DNA of 63,191 nt, the filler included, from Craspedostauros australis (Eukaryota), in NCBI GenBank assembly GCA_030167865.1. It is 12 parts of 12 records of this genome, joined end to end, with 100 filler letters (N's around TTAATTAATTAA, not from the genome) between each part and the next. Parts side by side here need not be neighbours in the genome. Positions count along the whole stretch, not along the records: positions 1 to 8,323 come from JALAGF010004305.1; positions 8,424 to 10,903 come from JALAGF010004307.1; 10 more parts are not named here. One strand, written 5' to 3'. Of the stretch, positions 1 through 9,775 are shown in pieces. Within the stretch, counting starts at the first letter, position 1; every line of letters begins with the position of its first letter. A program made the position numbers and the translations under genes. Under the pieces are notes generated by a model that was not told the DNA's origin, searched no databases, and saw only the letters and a list, made by a program, of their open reading frames with translations.

Positions 1-3000
1 CCGCTCGTTCCGATGAGCTCCAACTCCTCCACGTACTGCTGGAAGCAGGCCTCCCACGCCTGTCCTGACTCCGCACACTGAACCACGTGCACCGCCGTCT
101 CGGATTGCCCACACCATGGACATTGCTCCTCGACCCCGTACTGTTTGAGTTTTGCTCCCACCCCGATGAACCCGGTGGCCATCTTGGACACAAAGACGCG
201 TTGTCGCCAAGACGCCTTGCCTTGCGCCTTGCGGCGCCCTAGACAGGCCGTGGACCCGCGGGCTTGCCTGACCACTCCTAGCTTCCTGCCCCAATAACCT
301 TCTACCGTAGCACCCACGATGTCGTCATGGATGCCCGACGCTGCCCACGAAGACTTGGTGTCCTGTATCCTCAGACTCCATTGAAAGGACCCTTCACCAC
401 GCCACACAGGCTTCGGCTTGCCCACCGAAGCCTCCCAGTATCTCTTGGCCTCTCCGTCGCAGTAGACGTTGAGGAGCGCCCACCGGTCCAACCGCCCTGG
501 TCCATCATCTTGGTGCCCCCGGACCCAGCGGAACCTTACCTCCACTGACAACCGCTCACGCATAGCCTTGATGTGACCGAGCATGTCATAGGACGGCTGG
601 TTTACCTGCGCCACCCCGTCACGACAGTTCTCCATGGCCTTCATCCCGTCGAGACCAACGACCACCGGGCCCTGCCCCAGACTCCCGCCCTTCTCTAGTT
701 CCAGCAGTTCTCGTAGTATCCCAGCCACACCGGCCAACTCACTGCGGTATGCCGACTGCACTGCTGACCCCCCTGGAACCACGTTGCACCCTGTGCTCTG
801 CACGCCGGAGTCCAACACGCTCAGGACGTACGCTGACGTACCAAAGCCCATTTTGAACGACCCATCACTGACGGCCAACACATCGCCTCTTCGCACCGCT
901 GCGCGCAATTCCGAGTCCGTTGCGTCGCCTGATATATGGCCACGCTCCCAACACCGCCCTGAATCGAACGCTACCCTCCTGGGCGTTGAGGGCAACGTTT
1001 CACCCACACGTGGCCGCTCCAATGCCTCGAGCCACACCGCACGATGACCCTCGTTCAGTGGAGAGGTGCGCCGAGCCCTTGCCGGAAGATTCCGTATCGC
1101 CGTGGCCGTAGCCTCAAACTCCGATCGTCGCCCCCGCCTGCCCGGGGGACTTCGCCATACTTGGAAACTCTGACCCACCCGTCGCCATGCCGTGTACTCG
1201 TCGTCAGGATCCCGCCACCACACCCAGCCGTGGTCATCGTGGATCCAAGCTTGCATACGCCGCCGGAGCCTCAGGTGGCGGTCCTCCGTGAAGCCTTCTA
1301 TCCACTCTTGCCACAATAGCCAGTGTCGCCGCGTTAGCCTCCCTGGCATGCGTGGGTGTCCTGCTGACGCTGTGACTCCTCCGTTCTTACCCAGGAACGC
1401 GATCCTCATGACTCTGGTGCCATCCGCCGTCACCATATCCGAAAGTGTCCTGACTTTTAGTAACAAACGACACTCGTTCAGCATCCCTTTTTGCTTGTTG
1501 TTGTACCCCTGGCAGCGCCAACTGTCCAAGAGAAATACGTCTCCCACTCGCTGCTTCCGGACAGATGGCCCCGTCTCTTCAATCGACACGCCAAACTTCT
1601 GTGCGTTCGCCCACACTTGCGTCACCCACGACGCTGTGACGTAGTGACCGCAGGCGGCAAAACTTTGCTTGAACAGAGATCCCCCGCCTGCGGTTTCCAT
1701 CTTTGCTTGCTCTATCGATAGCTCAATCATTCTTCCCGTTATCGACCTTGTGCTGACCTCATGTGCCATGGCTTGGATCTGAGTAGCCAGCTGCCACACC
1801 ATGGGATTTCGCATGCCAATACCCCCATTCGCCCTGGGCCCAAACAGTACCGCACGCGGAAATGTTCGGGCCACACCACCGCGCGGCAGGGCTTTGGACC
1901 ATATTGGTGCGTACACGAAGTCCCACTGACGTTGATTGAGCGTCACAGCCTCCATAGGGTATTCCAGTGTCTTGGTTATCCGCGTGGTGATCGCCATCCA
2001 TACGAGGTCATGCTGCAGCCCACCCGAGACCACCCTGTCTGCGAATTCCTCGGACTTCCGCCGTAGGTAACGGACTTGGGCCTCCGACGTGCCTGTCATG
2101 TTCATAAACACTCCCAAGGTTTGTTCAGACTCGCCGGGATCGAGTCGCCTCAGCTCCCTGCTGACACCGTGTGCGTCGCGTACCTGCACTTGTGCCGGCG
2201 CTGCCCTTGCTGTCTTCATCCTCCATTGCCCGGCTACGTAGTCAAATGACAAGCCCCACCAGAAGCTTTTGGCCGGAACTAAGGCCCCTCCCGTAGACCG
2301 TAGTACCCCTTCCCAATCCTCCAGTGCCTTTTGTGTTCTTTGCGTCACCGTTTCGAAGGACTCACCCGGTCTTGATACCACCAGGTCTGCGTCGTCAACG
2401 AAGCTAAGACCCACCAAGTTCACTTTCTTGTTGCTGAGAACCGAAACGAAGTTCGCCCCATGACGCTGGGCGCGCATGGCCTCGAACATAGGTGAACTGA
2501 TGGCGGCCCAAGCCGCTGGCCCACAGCCGTTGCCCTGGGCTAAGCCCTGCATTGGCACCCATCCCGTGTTTCCGTAGGTCCTGGAGGACACCCCGTATGC
2601 TGTGCGTATGTGATGTTCTGCCTGTTGCAGAGTGCCAAACATGGACTTCACTGCCGATCGCCTTCCGCCTGCATGCACCATGGCCATCGATGCCACACTG
2701 TGAACCACCCTGTCATAGCATGACTTTGCGTCGTTGGAGCATATGGCCCCATTCTGCCGCTTTTGCCTCATGACGTCGACCACCACTCTCTTACACAGAG
2801 CGGCTGTTGACGCCTTGTGGCCTTTACGGCTCCCAAACTGTTCTGTTGCCATTCGGCCGTTGCTTTCAGCTGTCTGCATCAGATCTCTTCCCAGTTTCTT
2901 GTTATTCATGTTGAAGGCGGGGTGGAACAGCTGGATGGTTCGCATCTTCGCGACATCGAACACTCCAGCTTTCTTGAGGATCTGGAAGTCGGTCATCACC

Positions 3001-4970
3001 TTCCACGATGTGGGGGAGAACCCCGTCTCATACGGAATCCTTCGCAGCCGACAGTCGATCGCCGCAAGCCCTTCGTGCTGAGCCGCCGCCTTGAAGTGAC
3101 CAAAGTGGGGGGCCGACGGTTCGGACGATGTTCGTTCCTTCTGTTTTGCCCATCCATCAACGTGGTCTTGCACTGTAAACGAGGTGTTGGGCGTCGCTGA
3201 AGGGGTCGATCCTACTTGCGTCAGCAGCATACGTGGGTACTCGTCCGTCAGTTGCGTGGGCTTCCACTTCCCTTCGCATACTTGGTTGGCGTCTGCGGTG
3301 TCCGCGAGGAAACCAAAGCGACGCCGCAGTTCGCCGGTCATGAATGGGGTACACGATGTTTGGAGGAAGCGTTTCTTGTTCTCCACAATGCACGCCTTTT
3401 CGATGGCGTGCTTCGTATCGCACACTGTCAACTCCCCGTCGTCCCCAGTAACTGTGACCTTTGTGGCTAGCGTTTGCTTGGGCTTGAGGCACGCCTTGAG
3501 ACGCCGGTTGTCTCGAATCTGGCGTTCCCTCATTCTGCGAATATGGCTCGCCGTGTTCTCCAGTGCCGTACCCCACCTTGCTGATTCTTCCACTCCTTTG
3601 TGTAGCATGAAATCGTCCCGCATTTGAGATGCGGTTGGTTTTGCGGCTGCATAGGCCTGCCTGGCGGCATCCATCTTCTCTCTTACTTGCTCCGGGCATA
3701 GCTGGCGTGGCCTGTGGATCCGCAGTCGTTTGGCCAGCCGCTTTATGAGGGACGAGCTGATGTGAATGTTGTTCTGTTTTTTCCATACCGATGTCCAAAG
3801 CCTGACCTCGTCTCTGAGCCGCTTCAGTGTCGGTGACCATTCTAGTGCCCCCATTCTCAGCTTCCTGCATTCCGCCTCTGCTTCTACTCGGAGCTGGTCC
3901 ATCCCCGCATCAATGGCGTTGTACTCCTTGGCCAGCTCTGTGGTGACCCTACCCTGGGTACGGACGGCCTTCTCGAGCTCCTCAATTCTCCAGTGGTACC
4001 CTCTTTGTTGCGCCTTGCACCACAGCGCTTCCTGGTACTTGCCCACCGCCGTTTGGTCCACCATTCGTAGACGTCGTGGCTCCACTCCCACCAGCGGGTT
4101 CAAGATGCCGATGGTGCTTGCCTCTTTGATGTCGGCCCACAGCATCCTGTGGTCGGAGTCAATAGCTTCTCCAAAGCCCAAGTAGCCGGCCTCCATAAGT
4201 TCGACGTCGCTCGTCACGTAAATGCCGTCGATCGGGACATGGTTCCTGTTGCGGTGCTGGGTTGCTTGTCTTTGGAGGTTGGGGTGCATATCCGTGATTG
4301 CCTCACGCATGCCCAGCTCGCTGAACACTTCGGCGCATCTGCCTTCGTTGACATCTTGGTTTGCGTCTATGCCGACTACCACACTATCGCCGTCCTGCTT
4401 CCACTCCCGTATACTCTGCGCGAGGTCGAGCAGCATTGCCTCCCTGGGTTCCCTTGTGTCCCCTCGCCCAAGGAGATAGGTACGCTGCTGGGCCCAAGTG
4501 GAAGTTGGTCGGCTTGATGTGCATGCTCGATAGGCTGCCACCACTCGTATGTGCTTGCCCTTGCGCCCTTCTATCCTCTGCCACACCCATCGTCCCAGGT
4601 TGTCCGGGTCCTCCCCTTCGTCGACCACTCGCTTGGCGAGATATTTTGACGTTGCAATTCCTGTGCCTCCGAACTGCACTTTGTTTGCATGTGGGCTGTT
4701 GCGGTTGTAGGCCGCGCTAGCCTTGGTGTGCCCGCCCCATTTCACTGCTCTTCTGGACCATGAATCCCCGGTCTTCATCGACTTCCAGTTGAGTCCAATT
4801 TCCGCCATCATGAGCACGTGAATGTGTCTTCGTTTTACTTCTTCTCCAATTTGGCCGTTCTTGCGTTTCCATGGTTCCACTGGTAACCTCCCAATGTTTT
4901 GGAACGCGAGCCTGATTGTACCTGCTCGCGGTTGCCTCATTGTGTTGCCGAAAATACCGTCTTCGGGCAT
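1..4970 (-). CDS. LINE ORF2 polyprotein: AP endonuclease, reverse transcriptase, RNase H, CCHC zinc knuckle (>1650 aa, 3'-partial; alternative start ATG 4940)
   Basis: Manual translation. APE: IRLAFQNIG, MAEIGLNW, GIDAN, PIDGIY, SDHRMLWADI (~4150). RT: EQFGSR, SNDAKSCYDRVVH (~2730), QGNGCGP (~2530), SFVDD (~2400). RNase H: AVSDGSF, SAYRSELAG, WVRGHQD (~450-890). Knuckle: CPWCGQSETAVHVVQC (~75-125). Start, FVDD and knuckle share one frame, and the ORF track lists no stop-terminated ORF in it. Confidence 0.93.
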   Translation of the reverse strand, partial: MPEDGIFGNTMRQPRAGTIRLAFQNIGRLPVEPWKRKNGQIGEEVKRRHIHVLMMAEIGLNWKSMKTGDSWSRRAVKWGGHTKASAAYNRNSPHANKVQFGGTGIATSKYLAKRVVDEGEDPDNLGRWVWQRIEGRKGKHIRVVAAYRACTSSRPTSTWAQQRTYLLGRGDTREPREAMLLDLAQSIREWKQDGDSVVVGIDANQDVNEGRCAEVFSELGMREAITDMHPNLQRQATQHRNRNHVPIDGIYVTSDVELMEAGYLGFGEAIDSDHRMLWADIKEASTIGILNPLVGVEPRRLRMVDQTAVGKYQEALWCKAQQRGYHWRIEELEKAVRTQGRVTTELAKEYNAIDAGMDQLRVEAEAECRKLRMGALEWSPTLKRLRDEVRLWTSVWKKQNNIHISSSLIKRLAKRLRIHRPRQLCPEQVREKMDAARQAYAAAKPTASQMRDDFMLHKGVEESARWGTALENTASHIRRMRERQIRDNRRLKACLKPKQTLATKVTVTGDDGELTVCDTKHAIEKACIVENKKRFLQTSCTPFMTGELRRRFGFLADTADANQVCEGKWKPTQLTDEYPRMLLTQVGSTPSATPNTSFTVQDHVDGWAKQKERTSSEPSAPHFGHFKAAAQHEGLAAIDCRLRRIPYETGFSPTSWKVMTDFQILKKAGVFDVAKMRTIQLFHPAFNMNNKKLGRDLMQTAESNGRMATEQFGSRKGHKASTAALCKRVVVDVMRQKRQNGAICSNDAKSCYDRVVHSVASMAMVHAGGRRSAVKSMFGTLQQAEHHIRTAYGVSSRTYGNTGWVPMQGLAQGNGCGPAAWAAISSPMFEAMRAQRHGANFVSVLSNKKVNLVGLSFVDDADLVVSRPGESFETVTQRTQKALEDWEGVLRSTGGALVPAKSFWWGLSFDYVAGQWRMKTARAAPAQVQVRDAHGVSRELRRLDPGESEQTLGVFMNMTGTSEAQVRYLRRKSEEFADRVVSGGLQHDLVWMAITTRITKTLEYPMEAVTLNQRQWDFVYAPIWSKALPRGGVARTFPRAVLFGPRANGGIGMRNPMVWQLATQIQAMAHEVSTRSITGRMIELSIEQAKMETAGGGSLFKQSFAACGHYVTASWVTQVWANAQKFGVSIEETGPSVRKQRVGDVFLLDSWRCQGYNNKQKGMLNECRLLLKVRTLSDMVTADGTRVMRIAFLGKNGGVTASAGHPRMPGRLTRRHWLLWQEWIEGFTEDRHLRLRRRMQAWIHDDHGWVWWRDPDDEYTAWRRVGQSFQVWRSPPGRRGRRSEFEATATAIRNLPARARRTSPLNEGHRAVWLEALERPRVGETLPSTPRRVAFDSGRCWERGHISGDATDSELRAAVRRGDVLAVSDGSFKMGFGTSAYVLSVLDSGVQSTGCNVVPGGSAVQSAYRSELAGVAGILRELLELEKGGSLGQGPVVVGLDGMKAMENCRDGVAQVNQPSYDMLGHIKAMRERLSVEVRFRWVRGHQDDGPGRLDRWALLNVYCDGEAKRYWEASVGKPKPVWRGEGSFQWSLRIQDTKSSWAASGIHDDIVGATVEGYWGRKLGVVRQARGSTACLGRRKAQGKASWRQRVFVSKMATGFIGVGAKLKQYGVEEQCPWCGQSETAVHVVQCAESGQAWEACFQQYVEELELIGTS

Positions 4971-5392
4971 GGTCTGTGTTGTGTTTGTTGATGTTGGGTC
5001 CTTTTCCGTTGGGGCCTGAATGTTGCTGACCTCTGTTTCGCGTGTCTCTTGCCTTGTCCCGTTTGTTCGCCTGTCGTGGCCTTCTCGGGCGGACTGAAAC
5101 GTTGTCGCTCTCTGTTTATTTTTTTCTTGTTAGGTATTTTAACCCTCTGTAACGGTCGATGGTTCTCACGTACGCCGGTCTCCGTTCGTTCCTCGGTGTG
5201 CAAGGTCTCCCTACTTGGCTCCGTGCCTTCCCGTTCGTCCTCCCTTGTCTGAATTTCTTGTTGGCCTTCTTCCTTTGATTGCTGCCTCCCTTTGATTAGT
5301 GGGGTTCCTACCCCATTCGTCCTCCCTCTAACCAGTTGGGTGGATTCCGGTCTTGGTTCACCACCCTTGGTTTGCCCTGAGGGTACCCTCAT
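4937..5392 (-). CDS. LINE inter-ORF small ORF (151 aa, R/K/E/Q-rich, probably disordered)
   Basis: Exactly fills the gap between ORF1b and ORF2, with ATGA overlaps at both ends. No recognisable domain; could be open by chance on this T-poor strand. Confidence 0.45.
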   Translation of the reverse strand: MRVPSGQTKGGEPRPESTQLVRGRTNGVGTPLIKGRQQSKEEGQQEIQTREDEREGTEPSRETLHTEERTETGVRENHRPLQRVKIPNKKKINRERQRFSPPEKATTGEQTGQGKRHAKQRSATFRPQRKRTQHQQTQHRPCPKTVFSATQ

Positions 5393-6057
5393 TCTTGGCC
5401 TGCGATCTTCGAGTCGCTGGCGGTTGAACTGTTTGTGGGTGCAGATAGTTCTGTCTGCTTTGTTGGCCGCACGAGTGGCCTGTTGTCGTCTGTTGCTGGG
5501 ATGTCAGTTCTGGGTCTGGCCTTCTTCATCGGGCTGACCGCGCGCTTCATGGTTGCATCACTATGGTGGCGCTCCTTTACCTTGGAGATACACTCTTCCT
5601 TTTCTTTCTTTTTGGCTTGCGCTCTGGTCCTCATTTTCCTGGTGGTCAGTCGAGGGAACGGGGTCCCTGATTCATCGTCTGACGAAAGGTCGGCCAGGTT
5701 GACCACTTCGGCGGGGGTGACGTTGTTCTGCACCTGATAGGAAGGACCTGATCCCATCGACACGTCGGACATTGACCCGTCGTCCTCAGTTTCCATAAAG
5801 TCCTTGGCTTTGCTCCTGCCCTGCAGTTCCTCAAGTGTCTGGGTGGCCCGGTTGACGTCCTTTCCTTCCGGGGGGTTATCGGTTCCGTCGCTGTTGGGTT
5901 GAGATGCCGCTGTACCTGTCGCGGATTTGGTCTTGCCTGCCGCACCGGGACCAAGAATAGCTTCCATCCATTGGGCCCTGGCCTCCGGGTCGATCACTTC
6001 TAGTTTTTTCATTGCTTCACTCACCACTCTCATTGTCTCTTTTTTGCTTCTGGACAT
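5389..6057 (-). CDS. LINE ORF1b (214-222 aa, low complexity; likely start ATG 6033)
   Basis: Open frame overlapping the ORF1a stop (ATGA at 6033-6030). Helical N-terminus followed by acidic and basic tracts. Confidence 0.6.
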   Translation of the reverse strand: MSRSKKETMRVVSEAMKKLEVIDPEARAQWMEAILGPGAAGKTKSATGTAASQPNSDGTDNPPEGKDVNRATQTLEELQGRSKAKDFMETEDDGSMSDVSMGSGPSYQVQNNVTPAEVVNLADLSSDDESGTPFPRLTTRKMRTRAQAKKKEKEECISKVKERHHSDATMKRAVSPMKKARPRTDIPATDDNRPLVRPTKQTELSAPTNSSTASDSKIAGQE

Positions 6058-8276
6058 TGTGACTTCATTGAAGTGATGGCGGATCTCAGGGACGCGTCAT
6101 CGCAGTTGTGCCACCTTCGCATCACTCCCACGGATCCGTGGTCTCTGTCCATGGTTTTGGGTATGGTACCAAAGTCGATCGCAAAGGTCATCTTGGGCTG
6201 TTTGTTTTCAGGTTCCTCTTTGTCATCTTCTGGGCGTTGCAGTCCCATGCTGGCGTACCATTCGTCGTCCACTTGCTTCTTAAGAATGTCCCGCTCCCAA
6301 TCCGCTTTGATTACCTCGCCGTGCATGTTCATCTTGTAGCTTGTGTTGGCATCCCAGATGTAATCTGTGAACCAGGTGGCTGCTTTGCCGCCACAGTACT
6401 TGTACACCACCGTGGGCAGCAGTGGGATTATCATGCTGGCTTCCTCAGCGACGTCCTGGCTGTACACAAACACTGTGTCGCCCCAGTTCCTGCCGTTCTC
6501 AACGGCCAGGAATAGCGCTGACCCGTCCTTGTCTCCTGAGGTCGACATGAGCTTGGCAAGGACGTTGCGCAGGGATACCTTGTTCTTGGGTTCGACGTAG
6601 TCGAGGCTGTGGATGAAGGAAACGATGGTGGTCTTCGTGTTCTCCAGGAATTCTTTCTGTTTCTTTTTGTACAGCATCGCGTTGCACCTGTCCTCGTGTG
6701 TTGCTGGGCGTTGTTCATCGGTGAGGTCGGATATGAAACGGAGGCGCTTGCCCAAGATCCTGTTCTTGCCTGCCGCAAACAGTTTCCCCATGAGTTGTTC
6801 ACACTTGATGGCATCTTCCTTGCTTGCAAGGATGTGCGCCGCGTAAATCTGGTCCTCTTTCTTCACCTTTTCGTACTTGTCCAGTTTGATTGACTGCATA
6901 CGTATGCCCACCTTGACTTTTGCCTTCACCATATCCTCCAGGTTGTTGATGGCCTCGGTTAAGTCATTACAGTTGGTTGATCTGTGGCTGGCGCAGAACC
7001 ATCCTACTGGCACTTCTTCTCTTGCTTGTACTGTGCACTTGGAAAGTATGATGTCGTTGTCCTGGAGGTGTCCGTCGTCCTGCAGCTCTGCCCACTCCTT
7101 GTTGTGTGAGAAGTAGAACTGGCACCATGTCTGCTTGCCTGCCTTTGTGTACATCTTGTTCACGTAGTTCCTGATTTTGGAAACCGAGGTCACTTTGTCA
7201 CTGTCGGCTGTCAAACCTTGGCCTTGTCCGTCCCATCGGTGTATGATCAGGTCTGGGTCTTGCGTGAATAGGTGCGCCATTAGGGTGGCCATTGCCTCGG
7301 TCACTTCTTTCTCCACGGATTTGTCTTTCCCTTTCAATGTGGGGCTACGGAAGGTGCAGTAGGTGCTGAACTTCCGTCCCAATGCCTCGTTGACGTTGCG
7401 CTTGTGGTCTTTTTTCACCATTGGCTTGCTGAGGAAGAACTGGCTGGCTGGGAGGAGCGTTGGCCCATCTTTGCCTGCTGTAATCGGGGTTGATTTCAGG
7501 GCTTCTGCGAACGTTGGAGAGTTTTTCTTGTATGGGTTTGTGGCCGTGCTCTCTTGCTTCTCCTTACCAGTGGTGTTGATTGGTTGGCGCTGTGTATCCT
7601 TGTCAGGCTTGGGCTGTGACTTTTGCTTTTGCTTTGTTTTGCTTGTTTGTTGGGTTCCTGCTTTGGTTGGCTTCGTAGCGGTCGTTTTCGGCTTGTTGTC
7701 TCCGCTGATTCTGCGTCGCTTCTCCGGTGATTCGGTCGATGTGGTTTTGTTGACTACTCGGGCGGCTATCCAAGGGTTGGTCATGATGCTACCCATGATG
7801 TTCCCTTCTTCCCAGAATACTGGTGGGAACATATCGGCTTTCGTGGCCAGGAGTCGAGCCTCCATCTGTTGCACCTTCTGGTTCGTGGCTGCGTCCCAAT
7901 GGCAGGCTTTCCCTTTCTTGAATACCTCGGTCCATTCCTCCATTGTCTCTAGATCTCCTCTTTCGCATTCGAGGTAGTTGCGGACCACCTTCCATGCTGT
8001 GTTGATAGAGTCTCCTGCTCCCACGCACTCCGGGTACGGCTTGGCGTTGCTCATCTCCATCTTCCTCTTGACTTCCTTCTCTTCCGCTTCCGTCCACGTT
8101 GCCTGCTTTTTGGCGATACCGTCGTTGGGTGTGCCCGAGATTTCAACTCCTCCGAAATTCACTTGTTTCTTCCGCTGTTTGTTGCGGGAGGGGTCACCAT
8201 CGTCGTTCTTTGTCACTGGCGTCATGCTGGTCTTGTAAACGCTCTGCTTCTTTTTAAATTTTATGTGTTTTGTCAT
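6030..8276 (-). CDS. LINE ORF1a (748 aa), gag-like position, K/T-rich linker plus globular core
   Basis: Long ORF upstream of pol on the same strand. The VQA..EVPVGWF..SH-type core resembles ORF1 proteins of diatom LINEs. Confidence 0.8.
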   Translation of the reverse strand: MTKHIKFKKKQSVYKTSMTPVTKNDDGDPSRNKQRKKQVNFGGVEISGTPNDGIAKKQATWTEAEEKEVKRKMEMSNAKPYPECVGAGDSINTAWKVVRNYLECERGDLETMEEWTEVFKKGKACHWDAATNQKVQQMEARLLATKADMFPPVFWEEGNIMGSIMTNPWIAARVVNKTTSTESPEKRRRISGDNKPKTTATKPTKAGTQQTSKTKQKQKSQPKPDKDTQRQPINTTGKEKQESTATNPYKKNSPTFAEALKSTPITAGKDGPTLLPASQFFLSKPMVKKDHKRNVNEALGRKFSTYCTFRSPTLKGKDKSVEKEVTEAMATLMAHLFTQDPDLIIHRWDGQGQGLTADSDKVTSVSKIRNYVNKMYTKAGKQTWCQFYFSHNKEWAELQDDGHLQDNDIILSKCTVQAREEVPVGWFCASHRSTNCNDLTEAINNLEDMVKAKVKVGIRMQSIKLDKYEKVKKEDQIYAAHILASKEDAIKCEQLMGKLFAAGKNRILGKRLRFISDLTDEQRPATHEDRCNAMLYKKKQKEFLENTKTTIVSFIHSLDYVEPKNKVSLRNVLAKLMSTSGDKDGSALFLAVENGRNWGDTVFVYSQDVAEEASMIIPLLPTVVYKYCGGKAATWFTDYIWDANTSYKMNMHGEVIKADWERDILKKQVDDEWYASMGLQRPEDDKEEPENKQPKMTFAIDFGTIPKTMDRDHGSVGVMRRWHNCDDASLRSAITSMKSQCPEAKKRQ

Positions 8277-8323
8277 TGTTGCAACGTACGTTCACGAGTT
8301 CCGAAACCGTTGGCGATAACCGT

Positions 8324-8423
8324 NNNNNNNNNNNNNNNNNNNNNNNNNNNNNNNNNNNNNNNNNNNNTTAATTAATTAANNNNNNNNNNNNNNNNNNNNN
8401 NNNNNNNNNNNNNNNNNNNNNNN
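8324..8423. other. Artificial contig linker (N44-TTAATTAATTAA-N44, stops in all six frames)
   Basis: Identical 100-nt linkers also at 10904-11003, 16346-16445, 25917-26016, 28387-28486, 30104-30203, 42448-42547, 47667-47766, 52886-52985, 57107-57206 and 58975-59074. A plain 120-N scaffold gap lies at 16861-16980. Adjacency across linkers is not biological. Confidence 0.99.
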
Positions 8424-9775
8424 TTGCGTCTGTAGCGTGCCAAGTTTTTTGCTGTGTGTGTCACAGGATTTGTGCTGTACACCGGCACCAAGCGAACAAT
8501 GAGCAGAGGCGCATCAGTGCGCACATCGCTTTCGCGGTCGTTGATGTTCAATGATGGGTTCAGAAAGTCGATCCCGTGCATGGCATTGTCGGGGGTCATC
8601 TCAAATCTGTCGCTCACTTGGATGGGGAGGAGCTCCTTGTGTACGCGAACAGGCTGCGAGCATCCGCGGCACATGTTGCGGACGGCAAGCGCGTACGACT
8701 CGCTCCGCTCGCGTTGCCCGCGAAAAGACCGAACATGAGCAAGGGAGGGACGCGACTCATTTAGGAGGTCAACCAGCTCCTTGTCAATAGCCCTGGATGA
8801 CCCAAGTTCTTGGTTCTGACGGATCCTGACCTCCAGCACTCGCCCGCGCTCCTTGATTGCCACGTCTACGTCACCGTAGCATGTCCCTCCTGGGAGTTCG
8901 AAAGTGATTTCGAAGACCTCACCAAGTCCTTCTGGACAGTAGGCATGACATACAGCAGGCAAGAAAATGTCACTGTTTCTGTTCATCCAAGCTGAAATCG
9001 CGTGCCCATGACTGGGACCCTCTTGCAAGGGTGTCCCAGTGGCAGCGTTGTTCATGAGCATGCGGCCTGCAGCAGAGGCAGAAAAAGCAGCAGCATGGGG
9101 AGAAGGCACGGGTGGCGGAAGAGCAGGAACAGATGAGGGCTCAGGAGGAGCAGCAGTCATCCTGTTCACTGCATTGTACACAGGTCTGGGGGCTGGGGAC
9201 AGATGGGTGGGGATGTGCGCCGCGATCGGCGGGGCGGGCGGAGAGACAGTTGTCGCCATCGGGATTTCGTTGGATGGTTCCCGGTCATAAGCCATACGAG
9301 AGAAAGCGCTCATTGTTTCCTTCGCTTCTTCCGGCTTTTGCTTTGCGACTTTCGTGATGGTTTCGTCGAATCGTTGGTTGAATTCAGTGGCGTTGGCAAC
9401 AAGATCGGAAACGTTGGGGGAGAATTTCGTGTCCATGCGCACTGAGAAAGATGAGTGACGGGTGATGAGAACTCCTGCTTCATGGTTGACATTCTGCATG
9501 GCGATACCACCCAGACACGTACTGTCTTTGGTGGCCTTCTTCGCGCGATTCCTCTTCACAGAGTTCCGGAGGTTCCGAAGGTTGCGAGGAAAATTGCGCT
9601 TCGACAAGAACCGCAACTCCGAGTTTTCCTCCCAAACGACTCTTGCCGGTGTTGTCATGGGGATCGCCCCGCTCTCGATCTTCGCCCGCAGGTCACGGAT
9701 CTGCGAATACAGTCGCTCGCTCCATTCGGCTCCATCGCTGTCATCCAGCTTTGCAACACAGGCCTTCCTCGGCAT
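8424..9775 (-). CDS. Hypothetical protein (>450 aa, 3'-partial): basic helical N-terminal domain, Pro/Ala linker, C-terminal beta-rich domain reminiscent of the HSP20/ACD fold
   Basis: Uninterrupted ORF from ATG 9775 to the contig edge. Motif FEITFELPGG..DVDVAIKERGRVLEVRI. Confidence 0.7.

Larger units (their letters stand above)
1..8323 (-). mobile_element. Non-LTR retrotransposon (LINE), Ambal-like (APE-RT-RNase H); both ends cut by window/contig edge
   Basis: Upstream ORF1-like region (8276-4937) is followed by a long pol ORF with APE, RT, RNase H and CCHC motifs in that order. Clade name inferred from domain architecture and diatom context. Confidence 0.9.

Noticed and set aside
327..4720. 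Many short ORFs over the LINE, and similar antisense ORFs over other genes (e.g. 13496-14410, 34858-35970)
   Set aside because: They are shadow frames of real genes with no independent motifs.
6126..6131. Calicivirus-type TURBS motif (UGGGA) upstream of AUGA junction 1
   Set aside because: It is ~95 nt away, and I did not see it upstream of junctions 2 and 3, so it is probably chance.
8324..8423. Recurrent TTAATTAATTAA palindrome as a biological motif or TTAA target site
   Set aside because: It sits centred in fixed N padding at every contig join, so it is an assembly linker.
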